A stretch of 64,000 nucleotides of DNA, taken from positions 1,856,001 to 1,920,000 of the forward strand of contig CAXXLL010000002.1 of the NCBI GenBank assembly GCA_963662545.2, in the 5' to 3' direction. Source of the DNA: Gammaproteobacteria bacterium. Its GTDB lineage: Bacteria > Pseudomonadota > Gammaproteobacteria > Ga0077536. The stretch's first letter is position 1, and the number at the start of each line of letters is the position of its first letter. Below the pieces are notes generated by a model that made no database searches, was not told where the DNA came from, and saw only the letters and a list, made by a program, of their open reading frames with translations. The translations under genes and the position numbers were made by a program. Shown one piece after another: positions 58,804-64,000 of the stretch.

Positions 58804-59445
58804 GTGTACGAACTTCACGACTTCGCCCGCTCCAGTTCAGCGCATCGCGTCCGCATTGCGCTCAACTTAAAGGGCATCGAATACGAACCCGTTTCGGTCG
58901 CTCTCCAGGAGGGCGGGCAGCATGAGCCGGATTTTCGCAGCGTGAATCCGCAGGGTATGGTGCCGGTTTACTCGGATGAAAATATCCTTCTCAGTCAGTC
59001 ACTCGCGATCATCGAGTATCTCGACGAGCGTTATCCGGATCCGCCGTTGTTGCCGCGAGATATCCATGAGCGTGCGCGGGCGCGCCAGTTCGCCTACATG
59101 ATTGCTTCGGATATTCACCCGTTGATTGCGTTTCGGGCCATCAGCTTTCTGCGCGACGGTTTCAAAATAGACACCAGCGGCCGGCGGGAGTGGTTCAACT
59201 ACTGGCTGATCGAAGGCCTGGATGCCCTGGAGCTATGGCTAAGCGCTGATGGCGGTGCGCGTCGGTACTGCGTCGGGGACCAAGTGACGATCGCGGACGT
59301 GTGCCTGGTGCCGCAACTCGAAGTTGCCAGGCGCAATCACATCGACCTCGACGACTTTCCCCGCTTGACGAGCGTGGAAGCCACCTGCCTGGCGCTGGAT
59401 GCCTTTCGCAAGGCCCAACCCGCCACACAGGCTAAATCGTCATGA
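58804..59445 (+). CDS. maiA: Maleylacetoacetate/maleylpyruvate isomerase (zeta-class GST)
   Basis: RSSSAHRVRIALNLKG, NPQGMVP, QSLAIIEYL, DIHP, ADVCLVPQ; GTG start 58804 inferred. Confidence 0.85.
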   Translation: MYELHDFARSSSAHRVRIALNLKGIEYEPVSVALQEGGQHEPDFRSVNPQGMVPVYSDENILLSQSLAIIEYLDERYPDPPLLPRDIHERARARQFAYMIASDIHPLIAFRAISFLRDGFKIDTSGRREWFNYWLIEGLDALELWLSADGGARRYCVGDQVTIADVCLVPQLEVARRNHIDLDDFPRLTSVEATCLALDAFRKAQPATQAKSS

Positions 59446-59497
59446 CCGAGCTATGGCATCCAGGCCCGAGCTTCGACTCGCGCAGGATAGCCAAACG

Positions 59498-60532
59498 ATG
59501 TTGACTGACCGCATTGAACACCGCTGGCTGGCCGCATTCGGTCGGGTATTCGAACTCTGTAAAGCCGGTCCTGATGATGTGGTGGCACTACTGTCGGAAA
59601 CGCAATCGCGCGCGCTGAACGTCGACCTCGCACGCCTGGCGCTGCAGCAGCTCGATGCACAGGTATTTGAAGTCGTCGTCCCGACACCGCCGCAGACCGC
59701 GCCCGTGCCGGTGCGATCGACCGGTGCGAGCCAGGCCTTGAACGGGCAGAAAGGGCCCCTCGCCGCTCTTAAAGCTTCGACCATGGTGGTCGATCTAACG
59801 GTCGAAGGCCTGCTGCACGCACCGCAGCTCCCGGATATTCTCGGCGCCGGCGCGCGCGTATTGATGGTGTCCAACGAACATCCCGATGCATTGGAACGAC
59901 TGGTCCCGCTGGCTGAAGATGAGTCACAAGCAAAAGCTGCGATCAAGGCGTGTCGTGCAGCGAGCCGCTTGAAGGTCGTATCCAAGGCCGGCACGGATCT
60001 GTCCATCGATCTTGAAGGCGCACGCTCGGCCGGGGTGTGGGGCTGGTGTGATCGCCCCGGAACAGTTGCGCACTGGCCCGGCGGGGTAGTGGTCAATTTT
60101 CCGAAAACGGGAGCAGTCGAAGGTCGCCTCGTTCTCGACGTCGGCGATATCAATCTGACTTTCAAGCGCTATCTGCAAAACCGTGTCGAACTCGTCATTG
60201 AAAAGGATTATGTCGTCGAGATAAATGGCGACGGTACGGACGGCGAGCTGATGCGGCGTTACCTTGAGGCTTGGGGCGATCGCGAAGCCTATGGCACCAG
60301 TCACGTCGGCTGGGGCCTAAATCGGCGCGCGCGCTACGAAGCCTTGACCATGTACGACCAGCGCGACATCAACGGCACCGAGCTACGGGCATTTGCCGGT
60401 AATTTTCTTTATTCGACGGGCGCGAACGAGTTCGCCGGACGCTATACCGAAGGGCATTTCGACCTGCCGCTTAGAAACTGCACGATCACCCTGGACGATA
60501 CCTGCGTGGTCGATGAAGGCCGGCTGCTTTGA
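59498..60532 (+). CDS. Peptidase M29-fold protein, 2,5-dihydroxypyridine dioxygenase (NicX)-like
   Basis: AGTDL, DRPG..AHWPGG, SHVGWGLN, GNFLYSTG.N, HFD motifs. Confidence 0.78.
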   Translation: MLTDRIEHRWLAAFGRVFELCKAGPDDVVALLSETQSRALNVDLARLALQQLDAQVFEVVVPTPPQTAPVPVRSTGASQALNGQKGPLAALKASTMVVDLTVEGLLHAPQLPDILGAGARVLMVSNEHPDALERLVPLAEDESQAKAAIKACRAASRLKVVSKAGTDLSIDLEGARSAGVWGWCDRPGTVAHWPGGVVVNFPKTGAVEGRLVLDVGDINLTFKRYLQNRVELVIEKDYVVEINGDGTDGELMRRYLEAWGDREAYGTSHVGWGLNRRARYEALTMYDQRDINGTELRAFAGNFLYSTGANEFAGRYTEGHFDLPLRNCTITLDDTCVVDEGRLL

Positions 60533-60581
60533 AGGCCGCAACGACCGTCGCGATCCGAATAAAATTCGATGATGGCCAAGC

Positions 60582-61829
60582 ATGAGTGAAGATCGGCCGA
60601 TCTTCGACCCGAGCGCATTTCGACTGACGACGAGCGAAATCGAGCTGACCGCCACGGCGCGCCGCCTTGGCAGTCAGCACTTCGCCGCAAGAGCATCGTC
60701 TTACGACGTTGAAGCGCGCTTTCCGACCGAAAATTACGCGGATCTTCGTGACGCGGGATTACTTGCCGTGTGCGTGCCACCGGAACACGGCGGGTTGGGC
60801 GCGAATTATCGCGCCTATGCCATTACGGCCGCCGAGATCGGTCGTTATTGCGGCGCGACGGCCCTGACCTGGAACATGCACGTGTGTTCCTGCCTGTGGA
60901 CGGGTGAGCTCGCCGACGAGATCGAAATGGATGCCGCGGAACGCGCCCAACACGAGTCCCGTCGCGCAAAGCACTACGCGCGCATTGTTACCGACGGAGC
61001 GATTTACTCCCAGCCGTTTTCCGAAGGCGGGAGCGCCGCTGCGGGCGCGGTCGCATTCGCCACCACCGCCAGGCGCGTGAACCAGGGCTGGCGCATTAAA
61101 GGCCGCAAGATATTCGCATCCCTGTCGGGCCACGCGGACTACTACGGCATTTTGTGTACGGAGGAGGGCAGTGACGGCTCGCTGTCGCGGCGCAATACCC
61201 TTTACATCGCCGTCCCTGCGACGGCTGAAGGCGTCAGCATCGTCGGCGACTGGGATCCGCTGGGCATGCGCGGCACGGTGTCGCGCACCCTGGTGCTCGA
61301 CGACGTGTTCGTACCGGAGGACGAGGCCCTGATGCCGCCCGGCGTCTACTACCAGGCCGCGATCCGCTGGCCGCACATGTTTCTAACCTTGACGCCGACC
61401 TACGTCGGCATTGCGCAAGCCGCCGTGGATTTTACCGTGCGGTATCTGCGCGGCGAAGTCCCTGGTCAAAAAGGCGACAAGCGCCGTAGCTCCGCGGTCA
61501 AGCAGGGCAACATGGCGCGGATGCAGATCCGACTCGAACAAACCAAGGCGCTGTGGTTCCAGGTGATCTCGGAAGCCTGCATCGATCCGACGCGCGAACA
61601 GGTATTGCGCGCTTACGCGGCCCAGTTCACGGTCATGGAGAATGCGAATGCATTGTGCCAGCTTGCGATCCGTACCTGTGGCGGACAGTCGATGTTGAAA
61701 ACACTACCGCTGGAGCGGCTCTACCGCGACAGTCGCTGCGGCTCCCTGATGCTGCCCTGGAGTGCCGATATTTGTCTCGAACGAATCGGGCGGGACGCTT
61801 TGTATGAACCGGGAGAGACCGACGTCTAA
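60582..61829 (+). CDS. Acyl-CoA dehydrogenase-family flavoprotein
   Basis: PFSEG, GRKIFAS, WDPLGMRGTVS, LERLYRDSRCG. Confidence 0.9.
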   Translation: MSEDRPIFDPSAFRLTTSEIELTATARRLGSQHFAARASSYDVEARFPTENYADLRDAGLLAVCVPPEHGGLGANYRAYAITAAEIGRYCGATALTWNMHVCSCLWTGELADEIEMDAAERAQHESRRAKHYARIVTDGAIYSQPFSEGGSAAAGAVAFATTARRVNQGWRIKGRKIFASLSGHADYYGILCTEEGSDGSLSRRNTLYIAVPATAEGVSIVGDWDPLGMRGTVSRTLVLDDVFVPEDEALMPPGVYYQAAIRWPHMFLTLTPTYVGIAQAAVDFTVRYLRGEVPGQKGDKRRSSAVKQGNMARMQIRLEQTKALWFQVISEACIDPTREQVLRAYAAQFTVMENANALCQLAIRTCGGQSMLKTLPLERLYRDSRCGSLMLPWSADICLERIGRDALYEPGETDV

Positions 61830-61903
61830 GCCGCAATTTCGCAGGCATTATTTGCTACGTCCCTGGCAACGATCGAGCGGGATAAGCTGCGAATGTAAAT
61901 AAA

Positions 61904-63409
61904 ATGAGATCCGGTCCGGATATCGCTGCTTGGATCGACCGCCACGCAGTGTTCACGCCAACCAAGCCCGCCTTGATCACGGACAAGGTGGTCGTCACCT
62001 ATGCGCAACTCGCCGCCCGTATCAATCAACTGGCCGTTTATTTTTCCATGGAGCAGAGGCTGCCGGCCGGTGCCCGCGTCGCATGGCTTGGGCATAACGG
62101 CCCGGATCTAATTGCAGGTCTGTTCGCCTGCGCGCGCGCAGGCTTCATGTTTCTGCCGCTCAACTGGCGTCTCAGCGGCGAAGAATTGCGTTTCATCCTC
62201 GACGACGCGCGCGCCGGCCTGGTCGTCGTCGATGCATCCTGTCGCGAACGCTTGGGCGAATTGGGAGAGGGGTCTCCGTTGGCGACGATCGGCTTCGATC
62301 TAGCGGCCGTGCCCCGCCTGCCACCGCCGCGTGCCTGCGCCAGACTTCCAGTTGGACAAAACGCCGAAGCGCCGCTCCTGCTGGTGTATACCTCCGGCAC
62401 AACGGGACGGCCCAAGGGCACGGTGCTGACCCAGCGCGCGTTGCTCTTCAATGCGCTTAACGCAATCCACATGCACACCATGACGGCGAAGGACGTCGTG
62501 CTGACCGTGCTGCCGATGTTTCATGTCGGCGGTCTCAATATCCAAACGACACCCGCACTCTACTGCGGTGCCACGGTCGCGCTCGAGCCGCGCTTCGACC
62601 CCGAAGAGACCATCGAGGCCATCAAGCGAGTCAAACCGAGCTTGACGGTCCAGGTGCCGGCGACCTTAAAGGCCCTGCTGGATCATCCGCACTTCGCGCG
62701 AGTTGACTTGAGCTGTCTGCGCGGCGTAACAACGGGTTCGATGGACGTCCCCGTCACTTTGATCGAAGCGATGCACGCTCGGAAGGTTCCGGTCAGCCAG
62801 ATCTACGGGGCAACGGAAACGGGCCCCGTCGCCATCTACCAGCGTCTCGACGATGCGTTTGACAGCGTTGGGTCTATCGGACGGGCCGGTTTGCACACTG
62901 AAATACGGCTCGTCGGCGCTGACGGCGGGACCGTTGGCGTTGGCACGCCCGGTGAAATTCTCGTGCGCGGACCGCATGTCGCGACGGGTTACTGGAATCC
63001 CAACGTGGCGGCGGCGATTCCGTTCACCGACGGATGGTTCGCGAGCGGTGACATTGCCGAATGTGACGACGCCGGCCTCTACTGGTTCAAGGATCGCATC
63101 AAGCACGTCATTATTTCGGGCGGCGAGAACATCTATCCAGCCGAACTCGAACGGATCTTGAACGCGAGCGGCGATTTACGGGAGGCGGCTGTCGTCGGTC
63201 GGCCACATGCGCGTTGGGGTGAAGTTCCCGTGGTAGTCGCTATCAAGGCACGATTCGATACCCGCAAGGACGAGGTCTTGAGTCTCTTCAACGGGACGCT
63301 CGCGCAGTACAAACGACCGCACGACGTCGTCTTCATTGACGCGCTGCCACGCAACGCTCTCGGCAAGATTGAAGTTCAGCAATTGCGGGAGTTGGTTGGC
63401 GACGTATAG
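61904..63409 (+). CDS. AMP-binding acyl-CoA ligase
   Basis: YTSGTTGRPKG, YGATE, SGD, ISGGENIYPAELE, LPRNALGK. Confidence 0.92.
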   Translation: MRSGPDIAAWIDRHAVFTPTKPALITDKVVVTYAQLAARINQLAVYFSMEQRLPAGARVAWLGHNGPDLIAGLFACARAGFMFLPLNWRLSGEELRFILDDARAGLVVVDASCRERLGELGEGSPLATIGFDLAAVPRLPPPRACARLPVGQNAEAPLLLVYTSGTTGRPKGTVLTQRALLFNALNAIHMHTMTAKDVVLTVLPMFHVGGLNIQTTPALYCGATVALEPRFDPEETIEAIKRVKPSLTVQVPATLKALLDHPHFARVDLSCLRGVTTGSMDVPVTLIEAMHARKVPVSQIYGATETGPVAIYQRLDDAFDSVGSIGRAGLHTEIRLVGADGGTVGVGTPGEILVRGPHVATGYWNPNVAAAIPFTDGWFASGDIAECDDAGLYWFKDRIKHVIISGGENIYPAELERILNASGDLREAAVVGRPHARWGEVPVVVAIKARFDTRKDEVLSLFNGTLAQYKRPHDVVFIDALPRNALGKIEVQQLRELVGDV

Positions 63410-63446
63410 GGGCCCGATTGCGAGCCGCTAGTCGGCCACCTATGCC

Positions 63447-63998
63447 TCAAAGATTCTGCAGTATTTCGTCTTGTTCCCGTAGCTGCCGCTCGGGCAGTTT
63501 TTGGTCGAGCGTCGCCTCGCGTTCGAGTTCACTGTCGACGTAGGCAAGCCATTGTCGCGCGGCCTTGGCACTTCGTTTATCCGTCGAAGCCAGCTTAAAG
63601 GCGGCACGCGCCAGAGCGAGGTGCCGTTGATTGAACAAGGCCATGCCTAACATGATGTTGGCGATGTCACTGCGTTTGACGCCGCCCTTGGAGAGTCCCT
63701 TGCGGACCGCGTCGGCCGCTTCCGGCCAGCGGTCGAGATTGATGTAGGACTGTGCCAGACGCACGAATAGTTCGCCCTTATCCGACATCCCCGCGGCGCG
63801 AGCCAGCGGCGGAATCGCCTTCTCGTTCTCCCGCGCCTGATACCAGGCCTGCGACAACAGGCGCAGGTTGCGCTCGGTACTTTCCACGCGGCCGCCCTCG
63901 ACCTCCCGTTGCAGGATCTTCGCGGCCTTGTAGGGAACGTTGTGCACGAGATAGAGATTGGCGAGATTCACCAGGTGGTGCGTCCCCTTGATCAGGCC
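63447..63998 (-). CDS. Tetratricopeptide-repeat protein (5' end outside the window)
   Basis: Helical TPR-like repeats; the frame stays open to the window edge. Confidence 0.75.
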   Translation of the reverse strand, partial: GLIKGTHHLVNLANLYLVHNVPYKAAKILQREVEGGRVESTERNLRLLSQAWYQARENEKAIPPLARAAGMSDKGELFVRLAQSYINLDRWPEAADAVRKGLSKGGVKRSDIANIMLGMALFNQRHLALARAAFKLASTDKRSAKAARQWLAYVDSELEREATLDQKLPERQLREQDEILQNL

Positions 63999-64000
63999 CG

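Noticed and set aside
1-64000. Many overlapping short and antisense ORFs in the six-frame track; tRNA and rRNA genes
   Set aside because: The ORFs are shadow frames typical of high-GC coding DNA and have no motifs; no tRNA or rRNA signature was seen.

Overview
GC-rich bacterial chromosomal window, probably from a motile Gammaproteobacterium (inferred from gene content; the taxon cannot be fixed from sequence alone). From left to right it holds: (1) the fliC-flaG-fliD-fliS block with a sigma-28-type promoter; (2) a TetR/MMPL/LolA-like/GST module and a membrane Ser/Thr kinase; (3) about 40 kb of CoA- and flavin-dependent catabolic genes (acyl-CoA ligases, four acyl-CoA dehydrogenase-family genes, two enoyl-CoA hydratases, three luciferase-like monooxygenases, four SDRs, PhaZ, a core MetE-like enzyme, etfB-etfA-ETF-QO, scoAB, two ferredoxins plus a reductase, MaiA and a NicX-like enzyme); (4) a small AT-richer accessory patch at about 43.9-47.7 kb with a complete IS4/IS10-like element inside one of several long palindromes, plus a VPLPA-CTERM protein. 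The best candidate for an undescribed system is a pair of paralogous STT3/AglB-like membrane glycosyltransferases that keep the N-terminal catalytic motifs but replace WWDYG with F-[NG]-DGH; one copy has a 1-nt frameshift. Other leads are palindrome-delimited cassette-like genes, two MITE families (one with a nested GGA-hairpin element), a cluster of CsrA-type GGA hairpins, an RRM protein with a MinD-like membrane-targeting helix, and a 1-Cys lipoprotein Tpx. No rRNA, tRNA or CRISPR array was seen. All family calls come from motif recognition by eye; no database searches were run.
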